The notes under the pieces: model-generated | The model's input: only the letters and a program-made list of their open reading frames with translations | Told to the model about the DNA's origin: nothing | Database searches by the model: none | Position numbers and translations under genes: made by a program | DNA from: a virus | Virus record (IMG/VR): IMGVR_UViG_3300044797_000396 | Coordinates: 1-64,000 of that record | Length of the DNA: 64,000 nt | Direction: 5' to 3' (one strand) | In this document: positions 9,301 through 19,171 of the stretch, piece after piece | Position numbering within the stretch: the stretch's first letter is position 1 | Layout: every line of letters begins with the position of its first letter

Positions 9301-11388
9301 CCACAATATAATAGGATGCCTAGCTCCGTCTTTTATCGTATGTTATATCTCAAGCAAACTTTGGGTATTCAAGTTTTCCCAGACTTCCTCAATAACTTAT
9401 TGACTAATCAGTTGAGTAGCCTGCAAACACAGATAGAAATACTAGAAGATCAAATACGATTAGATTGTGCTATCTTGAATCAGTATCCTAGCTTGGATGT
9501 CACTGGTGACCAAGCAGCTCAAATATTTCTTGTCTCTTTCAATCCACAGGGTGCTACCTTTGGGTTCTTGTCCAACGGTGCTACCGATAGTATTGGTGAT
9601 ATCAACAATTTGGTGCAACAAGCTAACCAAGATGTGGCTAATGCTGGTGTTAGTCAGGGGCTAGGTGATTACAGTATTATCAAGGCGGCTGGCACTTCCA
9701 CCAAACAACTTTTTACTAACGCCGCTTCCTACACATATTTGCTGTCAGCTTTGACGGCACAAAACCAAGCACAGGGTGGCATCCAAGGCGGCACTAACGT
9801 CAATAACCAACCTACCACTGGCGTCTTCCAAAGCAGTTTGGTGCAAACATTGATTACTCGCATTAGCACTAAGTCTGGACAAACAGTTAGCAGCTCTGAC
9901 TACCTTACTGCCGCCGGCCCCAATCAACCGCTAGAAATAGCTACCGGACAAACCATCGATTTTTTCAAGGTGACCAGCCAACTGACTACCTATATGATGC
10001 AGTGGCAAACACAAGTTAAACTTTTTTATCATACTCTCAAAAATACCGCAGAATATCGTTCCCTGGATGATGACACCACTACCGGCAACACAATGCAGAA
10101 TGCAGGTATCTTCAACAATCAAAATATTCCAGAAGTTTATGAGCATATGATTGAAGACGAGACCTACGATGATTATGGACTCAATTCAGGTCAAAGATAT
10201 GTCATTAAAACCTCGCAAATCAAAAATCTTGCCATTGGACAGAATGCACCTCCTTGGACGACAGTACAGGTGGAAGGCACTCTCTCACCTCTCTTTGATC
10301 CTGCTTCAGGTGGTGGAGGCCCTGCTGGTTTCAATAATTTTCCAGGTGGTGGTAATGGATTAGTGACCGCTTTGGCCATCGATTACGATATGTGGCGTAA
10401 CTATGGTTTCAAGGATGCCAAAGTGATACGAGTTCCCTTCTTGACGGATCCAGTTACTCAATGTGGTCCTTATGCGGCTATGGTATTAGCTCGTAATCGT
10501 TCCAATATTTTGCAAGGCACTTGTACTATTTCTGGCAATGAGTTTATGCAAGTTGGAGAAGTAGTATATTTGGAAGATCGTAATCTGCTTTTCTACATCA
10601 AGTCAGTTAAACATAATTATACCGAGGGACAATCTTTCACCACGTCTTTGGATCTAATTTATGGTCACTCTATTGGTGAATATATTCCCACCTATTTGGA
10701 TACTGTAGGTAAATTGATCTATAAGAACCAAGACGTCACTAATACCGTTATTCAGCGACAAGACTCTTCGGCTAATGAAAAGAACTTGGGTATCATTCAG
10801 TTATCTGGACAGCAACCCACCGCCAATATTTTATACACTGGTAGTGAGGATGATAATATTAATTCTTATTCTGCTACCAATCAGACGGTAATCAATAATA
10901 TCTTGTATACTACTAATTATGTTATTAACTCTAATGGTCAGCCAGGTAATAACGTGACTGCCGCTATTGAACTTAGAATATACTATGATAGCAATACGCC
11001 CGTTAATAGTAATTTACAAAGTATGGCTCAACAAGTGCAATCTAATTTATTAGGAAGTTCGCAGGGTGTCCAAAGTCTCCCTACTACCAATCAACCTACG
11101 CAAAATCAAACTTTGCCAGCAGGCTCCGTGACGGTGGTGACCGTTAGTATGGACAGCCAAACCGAATATAGATCCCCGTCTCAGCAAGCCATTAATGCGG
11201 CCAGAAATCAAATGGCCAATACTAGCACTAATACGGGTCCGAGCACCCCTACTAGTTCTAGTTCGCTAACTGCCAATAATACTACCCTAAGAACTAATTT
11301 GTATAGTTATATCATTGATTGCTGGATTACTTTTACCCCAGTACCAGCTACCGTATCTAGTAGTAGCACTGCTAATCCAGTTGCCTAA
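6328..11388 (+). CDS. Large baseplate hub protein (gp27/gpD-like with insertions)
   Basis: 1686 aa. Hub-like motifs (VFAGVV, LEVFADSQGHIRVRPPQYN, GTCTISGNEFMQVGEVVYL, FYIKSVKHNY..G.SFTTSLDL). Confidence 0.6.
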   Translation: MSDFLGLLGNAISSQFGLATSDTTSLNEVIDGQQLSTGSLGGIASQFDQSIERRYTEEGYLRRDPYETDPRLSEVLWQQPSATVLFKKKMFSSIAENYRPDFMDQDEKLYYKAMCLLFQNKCTQIAALEQLSKISQVTAAVGSIAQQLLPVIVTLADQANNGYATGSGTGLFPNGNPFAPSDATSFFQTVDRLRVLQAYNFTSSYTSWITDPTDLFQSTFGPGTGVIEITNFTSLNTTTSVDILSPGGFTLSISDPYESMLITDYDIEIALSDATNAYYNNQAISQGVVAANQTITQQQNMLNQARSSRNASPISFNVDPNTILGQPITAIIDSLGLEIPFTYNAFGGLIGSSSAVSVPADYLRGGNLAGYNGLDDGTLPIGPDSNIVPLFGSSELSLFNAIITATFQQLTLLQNTSTNYVAQNQLTNYARKKLRFNFSGLLIIQPMDTVHIYMNSRSQYDAKVLSGLQQMFSGVGILGNLNDMATSLVNQVDTLLNPSGNIAMQAEKSIYVGPDFPNYLWALLRTQFVTEIEGTHVFAGVVEHANDNWADGKFTMNIDGKDNTAYFDQGKINFKPGVDAFNGLIFDPLTPFKSNFDSFTGNASAPVTSQNSSNTPQLLDENMYLLSETASGSLVRYKQGALFGEKATQGNYIQDQNIDPATGRLTKIFYAPDGLVYKWKQGIGIFAQSGSTATLNDPNLVGNPNIFNEPFAGLDVMNVLSLLIAGVPYNYATYFKATSNFNGFTGDPNSKQSNSNSFMDSLRLNLVKTNTLWGNFIPFKTLTMNEAAIAQSMQAQFTATQINSDLDKKLQQFSNYQTQLVALGAINALSNSRNISTPAESGVLAQQKSTLLAQVTNLQTSIQGSIQALQAASTQFSSQTGTGPADATNYLTNGTNDPSDSQARKTIRREINYLTRRMSYDVRANEDKNLFIVDDYYDVDYDIAAFNSSLTDGLKLYSNTYTSARENIQTAADLLNLEVFADSQGHIRVRPPQYNRMPSSVFYRMLYLKQTLGIQVFPDFLNNLLTNQLSSLQTQIEILEDQIRLDCAILNQYPSLDVTGDQAAQIFLVSFNPQGATFGFLSNGATDSIGDINNLVQQANQDVANAGVSQGLGDYSIIKAAGTSTKQLFTNAASYTYLLSALTAQNQAQGGIQGGTNVNNQPTTGVFQSSLVQTLITRISTKSGQTVSSSDYLTAAGPNQPLEIATGQTIDFFKVTSQLTTYMMQWQTQVKLFYHTLKNTAEYRSLDDDTTTGNTMQNAGIFNNQNIPEVYEHMIEDETYDDYGLNSGQRYVIKTSQIKNLAIGQNAPPWTTVQVEGTLSPLFDPASGGGGPAGFNNFPGGGNGLVTALAIDYDMWRNYGFKDAKVIRVPFLTDPVTQCGPYAAMVLARNRSNILQGTCTISGNEFMQVGEVVYLEDRNLLFYIKSVKHNYTEGQSFTTSLDLIYGHSIGEYIPTYLDTVGKLIYKNQDVTNTVIQRQDSSANEKNLGIIQLSGQQPTANILYTGSEDDNINSYSATNQTVINNILYTTNYVINSNGQPGNNVTAAIELRIYYDSNTPVNSNLQSMAQQVQSNLLGSSQGVQSLPTTNQPTQNQTLPAGSVTVVTVSMDSQTEYRSPSQQAINAARNQMANTSTNTGPSTPTSSSSLTANNTTLRTNLYSYIIDCWITFTPVPATVSSSSTANPVA

Positions 11389-11399
11389 ATGAGGAGATA

Positions 11400-13523
11400 A
11401 TGCCTAACAATAGAGGAGTCAATTCTTTCGATCCACCAGCTAATATGATTAGGAATGGGACTATTGTCGGATATAATCCCACCACTAATACGCTACAGGT
11501 GCGTCTAACAGAAAACTCTTCTCTCAAGGGAAAGCCTATTCCTGTGTCGGTGCCTGCCTACTTTCCACTTTCGGATAGTAATGGCGCCTTTATTGGGACA
11601 CTGCCTGTCAAGGGAACTACCGTCACCCTTTCTCAAGCAGCTGGTGGTCAATTCTATATCGTCAATCACCAGCAAGAAAGTCTGAATAACATTCCAGATC
11701 TCACTCTGGGAGAAATGCTGCTATACACCACCGAAACATCATTTGTGTCTTTGGACATGGACAGCCATATCTATGCTGGCTCGGATACTAATAACATTCA
11801 TATTTTTGCGGGTAGTCAGCAATATCCTAAAACCAATTTTATCACCCTCAACTTTGAGAACGAAAACCATTTCAATCAAGCCTATCGTGAAGTGGGTGGT
11901 TTGGTCAAAAGAGATTTACGCCCTAATCCATTGGCCGCCTCCTACGATGGTAGTTCTAAATTAGCAGATGACTCTTACGACATTTTCTATTCTCTAATTG
12001 GTTTGGATCCTACTGCTACCGCTAACGATCTACCTATCGGCCCCACTAAAAATCCACCTTTGGTAGAGCATCGACAAATCGTCTATGAGTTTCAATACCA
12101 ATCGGATGTAGAATCTGATACTACCGAATCAAACAAATACACTTCCAATCCTCCTACTTCTCCTACTTATGTAACTCAAAATCGTCGTGCCAGTCGTGCC
12201 GATACTATGAGCCTCAGTTTAGTAGAGCCTAATTTTTTGATGGAAGAAGTTAAGGGAACTGTGGTAGATATCTTTGGCAACATTTTAGATCTCAATCGAG
12301 GTGGTTTGCCAGTGGGTCTTAGTGCCTCTACGACTTTACGCACCACAGGAACTACCGCTAGCACTAATGCTCAACAATCTTATCTCAATATTCGAGCTTT
12401 GGAGCGTAAGAGCATCGCTTATCATTTAGAGATTAATGCTCGTAAAGATCCAGCTCCCACTTTTCCTGGGGTGACGCAAATAGATCTCAGTATCAATGCC
12501 GATAATTACAATGCCAAATTGCTACGTAGTAGGTTTTCTCTCGATGTAGATAAGGAAGGTCAGTTCAAGCTCAATGTTCCCGCATCTAGTAACGTGGGCA
12601 ACATACCACTTCTAGTGCGCCCAGAAAATTATTCAACTTTTGCTACCACCGATAGCGGCAATCCAAATCAAACTTGGTTTACCCCCAGCCCCAATAATAC
12701 TGGGCAAGATATCTATGTTGATTCCTTTGCGGCTCCTATGACCACCATCAATAATACAGGAGTACCTACTTTCACCAATTCTTTCAATCACGGCTCGATT
12801 AAGCTGATAGATGGAGACACGGGCGCAGATCAGGGGCCGGTGGATCGTATTAGTCAGTTTGTGGATAACAACCCCTTCAACATTAGGCACGGCACTGTGT
12901 TTCACGATATTTTGCAGACTTGTTATTTAACCAGAGACAGTACAGAAGTATTGAGCTTCCCTACCGGAGGCGTTAACAACGTTCCTGTTACTTATCTCTC
13001 GACTGATATGGCAACTAACGCTGCGGTAGCCTCTCCCCAAATTATAGTGACGGGAGCAGGTGCTAATGCGGGAGGCCGTAGTGGGTCTATCAATTTTGAC
13101 GGCTCTATCGAAATGAATGTGGGCGCCAATACCATTGATCGACAATCACTGTGGCTGGACACCGCAGGAGGCGCTGTAGTCAATCTTGGTCGTGACACAC
13201 AACAACGTAGTTTAGTGATGGGGATGGACGGACACGCCTTCATACAAATTGGTGGCTATGGCATTTCTGGGGATGCCAGGTTCGATGCCTTGGGACAAGA
13301 CGGGTTAGTCAATGGCATTTTAGATCTTCGTATTTATAGCGGCGGTTTTGTGCATATGATTAGAATCGACTCTTTGGGTATGGTTTTGATGAGCCCCGGT
13401 CGTGTCGGTATTCACGCTGGACAAGGACTTACTCTCAGTTCTGATGGTGATATGGTAATAGATTGTGAAACCCTCACTGTACAACAAAGAGGCGTTAAGA
13501 AAGTTTTTGGAGGATCCTTATAA
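11400..13523 (+). CDS. Baseplate central spike protein (gpV/gp5-like)
   Basis: N-terminal OB-fold-like segment (GTIVGYNPTTNTLQVRL...LPVKGTTVTL) and C-terminal Gly-rich beta-strand repeats. It follows the hub gene. Confidence 0.55.
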   Translation: MPNNRGVNSFDPPANMIRNGTIVGYNPTTNTLQVRLTENSSLKGKPIPVSVPAYFPLSDSNGAFIGTLPVKGTTVTLSQAAGGQFYIVNHQQESLNNIPDLTLGEMLLYTTETSFVSLDMDSHIYAGSDTNNIHIFAGSQQYPKTNFITLNFENENHFNQAYREVGGLVKRDLRPNPLAASYDGSSKLADDSYDIFYSLIGLDPTATANDLPIGPTKNPPLVEHRQIVYEFQYQSDVESDTTESNKYTSNPPTSPTYVTQNRRASRADTMSLSLVEPNFLMEEVKGTVVDIFGNILDLNRGGLPVGLSASTTLRTTGTTASTNAQQSYLNIRALERKSIAYHLEINARKDPAPTFPGVTQIDLSINADNYNAKLLRSRFSLDVDKEGQFKLNVPASSNVGNIPLLVRPENYSTFATTDSGNPNQTWFTPSPNNTGQDIYVDSFAAPMTTINNTGVPTFTNSFNHGSIKLIDGDTGADQGPVDRISQFVDNNPFNIRHGTVFHDILQTCYLTRDSTEVLSFPTGGVNNVPVTYLSTDMATNAAVASPQIIVTGAGANAGGRSGSINFDGSIEMNVGANTIDRQSLWLDTAGGAVVNLGRDTQQRSLVMGMDGHAFIQIGGYGISGDARFDALGQDGLVNGILDLRIYSGGFVHMIRIDSLGMVLMSPGRVGIHAGQGLTLSSDGDMVIDCETLTVQQRGVKKVFGGSL

Positions 13524-13888
13524 TGGAGAACAATATGAAAAAATTGAATTCAGTAGTATATCAAAAGCTACTTTTGCAAGCGGAAGAAGCTAAGGACCAA
13601 GATATGGTCAAGCTATCCACAGGACTGCTCAATGCTTTGGGTCCCGTTCCCGAAGATGAGTTAGTTAGCTATAATTTCGAGGAATTACAGGGCGATATCT
13701 ATACTGGTTTATGGAAATTAGCTGCTTGCGTAATCAAATATCACGATTTAGATAGTGTAGACGCAGAAAAAGTGCATCAAGTATTAGAAATTTATTCCTC
13801 TAAATTAATTGAAGAGATAGAGCAGTCTTTGAGTGTGGATAATACTCAGGTAGGTCCTTTGGAAATTAAGGTACCTGGTCAAGAGTGA
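13523..13888 (+). CDS. Hypothetical protein
   Basis: 121 aa ORF coupled to the spike gene. The start may be the second ATG after GGAG. Confidence 0.6.
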   Translation: MENNMKKLNSVVYQKLLLQAEEAKDQDMVKLSTGLLNALGPVPEDELVSYNFEELQGDIYTGLWKLAACVIKYHDLDSVDAEKVHQVLEIYSSKLIEEIEQSLSVDNTQVGPLEIKVPGQE

Positions 13889-13916
13889 TATATAATAAGG
13901 GATAGAAGGAAAATAA

Positions 13917-16058
13917 ATGTGTCCATGTAGCCCTAGTGATGTCTCTTTCCCAATTCCCCCTCCTGGACCGCCTGGTTTTCCGTTTTCGGAGCCTGCCTTC
14001 TCTTTACCATTCCCATCGGGCTTCCCCGAGGACCTTCTCTCTATCCTCAACCTATTAGAACTACTGGTACCTTCTGGCCCCCTAGTTCCTCAATTAAGCC
14101 TCAACTTTGGCAAAGATATTTTTGATGCCATTATGAAGTTGCTAGATCAATTTATGCCGTTTTTGATGTTATATAAATTTTTCTTACCTATTCTAGAACT
14201 TATTATTTGTATTATCGAAGTACTATGTTCTTTGATGAACCCCTTTGCTCTTATCGGTGCTTTGGATAGATTATTTACACAGTGTATTCCAAACTTCTTG
14301 AACTTATTTCCCATTTTTGCTTTGATCATAATGATTATCTCTTTGCTATTGTTACTATTAGCATTAATTGAATATATTATAGCTCAAATTCTGTTATTTG
14401 TAGAGGCTCTGCTTCGTAACATCAATGCTTTGGCTATTGCTTTTCAGATAGGTAACGCGGTAGGCGTTTTAGCCATTGTTAATAAATTAGGCACTTTGTT
14501 GTGTGTCTTCCAAAACCTCTTTGTCTTACTAGCTCTCTTTGGAATTATTGTCGGAGTTATTCAGGATATTCTGGGCATGATTTTTGCTATTCCGCCTTGT
14601 GAAGGTGGTGATAATAGTAATTGCTGCGGCCCACTAACCTGCCCTACTATCGTGCAAAATCCATACACCAATAATACGGGAACCCTACAATATCTTAACG
14701 AAGTAGATTTCAATACTGGTATCGCTATCGGACTCAATTTTTTGACTTCGGATTTGCGTGCGGAAAGCTGGCAATTGTATGATGTCAATCAAACCTTGCC
14801 ACAACAATTTTGGAACATTGTAGATGGTTATGATGTAATTGCAGATGGATACAATCCACCTCCTGTTTATTTCCCTACTACTTCTACTTTCACAGCCACT
14901 ACCGTGCCAGCACAAGCCGCTTACACCGTCAACCTTAGACTATTTTATAATCCAGCGCAATGGGGAAGGGCTGGAACACCAGAGTATATCAGATTTAATA
15001 ATTGCATTGTTTTAGCAGCTCCCACTCAAAATCTTGTCAATTACGATAATCAAAATGTCTCCGTTCCCAATGGCGTGCTGTACATAGCGGGTGGCGCTGG
15101 GTTTAAGGACGATAATAAGACGCAACTAAATGGTTATGCAGCTGATGGTTATACTCCACTTTCACCTTTCACGCAAGCCACCCTCAATAATTTCTTGCAT
15201 CAACCGGTAACCTTGACTAGCTCTACCTCTCTACCAAATGATGGGTACACTTTCTCTGATATCACTTACACTTTCACGCCTAACTTGCCAATTTTGATGC
15301 AGGCTAATTTGGTGACGGCCGGATGTCAGCCCCAGGTTATGATTTCTCGAGCCTTCGTTAACAATGTGATGTTTGCTAACATTTCTTCGCAAACAGCGGA
15401 GCTCAAAAACATTGTTAATAGTTCCAATTTCCCTGATCCTACTGGTGCCGAGCAATGTTTGTTGGCGGCTATTTCCGCTCTTCGTGCTAATATGACTACC
15501 AGTGGTGTAGCCGAATTTCAATCCACGGCTAGTATTTGTTTATCCACTTTGCAAAATAATACTCAAAATGCCTTGGCTTCTGTTATTGGAGTGGGTTTTA
15601 GTCCTTGCAATAGCAATTTCACTCTAACACCGGAAACACAATTTACCACGCAGCCCATAACTGTTACTGTTAATCTTAACGAGAATAATGGGCTACCACT
15701 AACCAAGGGTATCCCTGCCACCACTGCACAGGATTTGGCCTCCTTTATTATTGGTTATCCAACTTTCGGGAAACTAACTCAATTCTCTTACGATGGTTAT
15801 CAATCTTTTACTGCCTATTTGACTAGCACCGTCCCAGGAACTGGCAGTGTAATGGTAGCTTTCCAAAATCAAATTTTATGTACTAACACCTTACCAACTG
15901 ATGGTTCTACCCCAAGTCACACTTTACAATCTCTCGATTATCAATTTGTCTACGCCCCAGTGGCTGGAAACTTGCCTGGTACAGGTGAAGGTGATACTAC
16001 GGGTGAACCAAGAAGAGATGCTGGCGATTTATCCAGAGATAGTGTGGGAGTTAGTTAA
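13917..16058 (+). CDS. Virion-associated protein with N-terminal multi-pass hydrophobic region
   Basis: 713 aa. Cys/Pro-rich start (MCPCSP), several long hydrophobic stretches at about aa 80-225, then a Thr/Asn-rich beta region. It lies within the baseplate cluster. Confidence 0.55.
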   Translation: MCPCSPSDVSFPIPPPGPPGFPFSEPAFSLPFPSGFPEDLLSILNLLELLVPSGPLVPQLSLNFGKDIFDAIMKLLDQFMPFLMLYKFFLPILELIICIIEVLCSLMNPFALIGALDRLFTQCIPNFLNLFPIFALIIMIISLLLLLLALIEYIIAQILLFVEALLRNINALAIAFQIGNAVGVLAIVNKLGTLLCVFQNLFVLLALFGIIVGVIQDILGMIFAIPPCEGGDNSNCCGPLTCPTIVQNPYTNNTGTLQYLNEVDFNTGIAIGLNFLTSDLRAESWQLYDVNQTLPQQFWNIVDGYDVIADGYNPPPVYFPTTSTFTATTVPAQAAYTVNLRLFYNPAQWGRAGTPEYIRFNNCIVLAAPTQNLVNYDNQNVSVPNGVLYIAGGAGFKDDNKTQLNGYAADGYTPLSPFTQATLNNFLHQPVTLTSSTSLPNDGYTFSDITYTFTPNLPILMQANLVTAGCQPQVMISRAFVNNVMFANISSQTAELKNIVNSSNFPDPTGAEQCLLAAISALRANMTTSGVAEFQSTASICLSTLQNNTQNALASVIGVGFSPCNSNFTLTPETQFTTQPITVTVNLNENNGLPLTKGIPATTAQDLASFIIGYPTFGKLTQFSYDGYQSFTAYLTSTVPGTGSVMVAFQNQILCTNTLPTDGSTPSHTLQSLDYQFVYAPVAGNLPGTGEGDTTGEPRRDAGDLSRDSVGVS

Positions 16059-17938
16059 TGACAACTACGACTAATACTAATAGCAACACTCCTCAAAGTA
16101 ATTATCAGAGTAATCAAAATTATGATGCTGATGTGGCCACTCTGTTCAAGCATTTTGTCACGGGTGGTAGTACGCCTAACGATAATGAGCCGGGAGAAAA
16201 TATTGGGATCGATGATATTCGTGCTCAAATTAGTCCTAGCGTCACTAGCACGGGCACCACTACTGCAAATCTAATTACCTCTCTCAATATCAATCCTAAT
16301 ACTAATGCTCCCGCTCCTACTCCTAATACCACCACCCCTGTATTGTTAGTACAAGAGAGTAGATGTCATGCTTTTTATCGTATTTTGGGTTTGCCAGTAG
16401 TTAGTGCTAATGCTTCTAATTTTTACAATCCAGGTTTTGATATTACTAAAAGATACTATCAACAACTCGGTTTAACACAATCTATCCCACTTAGTGAAAA
16501 AATTACTATCGCTAGTGCGGTCGGAAAACCTTTTGAGGCCATTTCCGCTGCTCGAGAAACTTGGGCAGCCACTACGTCTCAAATTTTCAGCTCTCCCACT
16601 TCGGTTGAGGCGGGTGTCCTGGCACTGACTTCTGGCACTTATGGAACGGGTGGCACTATTAATAAGCGCCTATTTAATGTCCTCCAAAAAGTGACTGGCC
16701 CTTTTGATTTTAATAGTGCTCATCAAACTTACGCTATTGCTAGCCTGACTAGCTTGGTGGGCGATTCTGAGCAGCTGTTAGCCACTTTCCAAGACGCTAA
16801 CGCCAACACTATTTTATCCGCCTATGTCAGCGGGACTGGCGCTTCCGCAGTTTTTAGTGCCAAGAGCCCTAGCACTACTTTTTTTACGCATCAACATATT
16901 ATCGCTCCTTTTATGGTGGATCCTAGAATTGATTTTAGTGTATGGAGCAACGAGTCCAAAACTTTCAATGGAATGTCTAAGAGAATAGCTGTCCCTTTCG
17001 TTCCAGATGCCAGTTTTTTGCAAGTGAGTAGTACTGCTAATGCCGAGCGCCCCGTTATTGAACAAATTATCCGAAAGAGAATGTATCAGGCTAACCAAGC
17101 TACTGAGGCTGGAGCCAATTTGGCTAATGCGCAAGCGTTCATACAAAACGATCCAACCATCGGAGCTATTCCTTTCATTGGTAGTGCTCCGTTAAGCAAT
17201 ATTTTTAGCAGTGCTGTGTTCGGATTATCACAACAGAATTCTTTTGCTGATACACTTTCCTATTTGCAGTCCCTTATAAAGAAATTAGTAGTCTCTTTGC
17301 AGAAAGTTCATTTGGCACAGGGAATTTATTATTGGCTTCCTATGCCTAATACTACTGGGCCAGAGGGCGGCTCTAATATTCGTGATGTGCCTCTTAACCA
17401 AAATTTTTCCAATAATCTAGTAACAGACGAAGACTTCAACATTATTTACAATCAAACACAGGTTTTATTCTCCAACATCACCGTGGCTGCTACCCAGGCT
17501 AACGCCATCCCAGATAGAGGTGGTTATGCTTTTGGGGGTAATTTTAGTTTCAACAAAGATACTACCGATGCTCAGGGAGATGTCAGCTCTAACACACAAA
17601 ATAACTTAGCCGCTAAGAGAAACAAAATACTAAATGATGCTAGTGATGCCCTGCAAATTATTGAAATGATTATGGGAGAGTTTAGTGGATTGGGCTTATG
17701 TGATATTTTGGCTGTTATTGGCGCTCTGTATACTATGCCAATGACTAACTTAGTAGGGTTTTTAGATGATGACGCCTACCTGCGTGCCAGTGTTTTGTTG
17801 GGGGCAGGATTACCAGCAAGAACCGGAATTAGTGATTCTATGACGGCTCTAATGCAGGGAGTAAGTGGATTTTATCAAATTATGGATCAGGTCTTTGTAG
17901 ATACGGTGGGCAATGGTTCTCTCAATCTAACCTCCTAA
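16058..17938 (+). CDS. Hypothetical structural protein
   Basis: 626 aa, Thr/Ser/Asn-rich, coupled by TAATG overlap within the baseplate cluster. Confidence 0.55.
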   Translation: MTTTTNTNSNTPQSNYQSNQNYDADVATLFKHFVTGGSTPNDNEPGENIGIDDIRAQISPSVTSTGTTTANLITSLNINPNTNAPAPTPNTTTPVLLVQESRCHAFYRILGLPVVSANASNFYNPGFDITKRYYQQLGLTQSIPLSEKITIASAVGKPFEAISAARETWAATTSQIFSSPTSVEAGVLALTSGTYGTGGTINKRLFNVLQKVTGPFDFNSAHQTYAIASLTSLVGDSEQLLATFQDANANTILSAYVSGTGASAVFSAKSPSTTFFTHQHIIAPFMVDPRIDFSVWSNESKTFNGMSKRIAVPFVPDASFLQVSSTANAERPVIEQIIRKRMYQANQATEAGANLANAQAFIQNDPTIGAIPFIGSAPLSNIFSSAVFGLSQQNSFADTLSYLQSLIKKLVVSLQKVHLAQGIYYWLPMPNTTGPEGGSNIRDVPLNQNFSNNLVTDEDFNIIYNQTQVLFSNITVAATQANAIPDRGGYAFGGNFSFNKDTTDAQGDVSSNTQNNLAAKRNKILNDASDALQIIEMIMGEFSGLGLCDILAVIGALYTMPMTNLVGFLDDDAYLRASVLLGAGLPARTGISDSMTALMQGVSGFYQIMDQVFVDTVGNGSLNLTS

Positions 17939-17965
17939 TATTTTTGCATTATGGGAAGGACGGAT

Positions 17966-18691
17966 ATGCCCACTACCAACTTGAAAAAATGTAAAACATG
18001 TGGATTAGCAAAATCCATTGATAACTTTTCTATTTGTTTAATAAAGAATGGTAATATCTATTATCGTGCCGAATGCAAAGAGTGTAGAAAGCCAAAACAA
18101 GACACATACAATCAAAAATATTATGAAGAAAACGGGGAAAAGCGCCGTACACAAGAACGAGAAAGATATCATAATGGTGGTAAGGAGGCTCGTAAAGCAT
18201 ATAATAAGAATTATGGCGCTATGTATCGTCAAAATCCAGAAAACAAAAAGAAAAATAGTAAACGTGTCAATGAGTGGAGCAAAAAGAAACGTAAAAATGA
18301 ACCTGGTTTTGCAATACGTCAAAATGTTTCGCGTGCCATTAATGCTACATTGCAATTAACCAGTAATACTAAAAATGGACAAAGTTTTTTACAGTTTGTT
18401 CCCTGGACATTGGGTGAGTTAAAGCAATATCTTGAACAACAATTCGAACCTTGGATGACCTGGGAAAACCGTGGAAATTATGTGAAATCTCGCTGGAATG
18501 ACCACGATCCTTCCACTTGGACATGGAATATCGATCACATTATCCCACAAAGTGATTTGCTTTATACTTCGATGACAGACGACAATTTTAAGAAATGCTG
18601 GGCGTTAGAAAACTTACGACCTTACTCAGCCAAACAAAATATAATAGATGGTACTACCAAAATACGACATAAAAAAGAAGGTGAAAAATGA
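17966..18691 (+). CDS. HNH-type homing endonuclease-like protein
   Basis: N-terminal CxxC..CxxC, a Lys-rich helix, then LEQQFEPWMTWEN...WNIDHIIPQS...KCWALENLRP. It is a paralog of 50219..50926 and interrupts the structural cluster. ATG 17966 follows GGAAGGA (the ORF track starts at 17951). Confidence 0.7.
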   Translation: MPTTNLKKCKTCGLAKSIDNFSICLIKNGNIYYRAECKECRKPKQDTYNQKYYEENGEKRRTQERERYHNGGKEARKAYNKNYGAMYRQNPENKKKNSKRVNEWSKKKRKNEPGFAIRQNVSRAINATLQLTSNTKNGQSFLQFVPWTLGELKQYLEQQFEPWMTWENRGNYVKSRWNDHDPSTWTWNIDHIIPQSDLLYTSMTDDNFKKCWALENLRPYSAKQNIIDGTTKIRHKKEGEK

Positions 18692-19119
18692 GCTACGATC
18701 TCCAGCTCGTAAACGGTGATCTTGTGATTGGTCAAGGAGAATTACAAACTGTAACCGACTCCCAGAAGCTAATACAGGACATTCTAAAAATCTTACTAAC
18801 CGAAGTAGGGGCTGATCCTTTGCAACCTTCTTATGGCTCTTATTTGTCTCGCTCAGTCATTGGTAATGCTTTGCAAAACGGATCTATTGTCCAAATTGCT
18901 AAATCGCAAATCAATACTTGCTTAGTCAATTTGCAACAATTACAACAGTTGCAGGTCAAATCGATGCAAAAAGTTAGTGCAGATGAACAACTTGCAGCTA
19001 TTACTGGTATATCAGTAATTAGAAGCTCGTTTGATCCCAGATTGTTCAATATCAAAGTAAGTGGACTAACCAAGGGATATCAACCAATTAGTACAAGTTT
19101 TACGCTGAGTACCATATGA
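18688..19119 (+). CDS. Baseplate wedge/sheath initiator (gp25-like)
   Basis: DLQLVNGDL, KLIQDILKILLTEVG.DP..PSYGS pattern is typical of gp25/W-like proteins. It precedes baseplate J. Confidence 0.75.
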   Translation: MSYDLQLVNGDLVIGQGELQTVTDSQKLIQDILKILLTEVGADPLQPSYGSYLSRSVIGNALQNGSIVQIAKSQINTCLVNLQQLQQLQVKSMQKVSADEQLAAITGISVIRSSFDPRLFNIKVSGLTKGYQPISTSFTLSTI

Positions 19120-19171
19120 CAACTATCACCCTACAAGATATCTGTAAAAATAGACTAGAGAAGGCGGCCTA

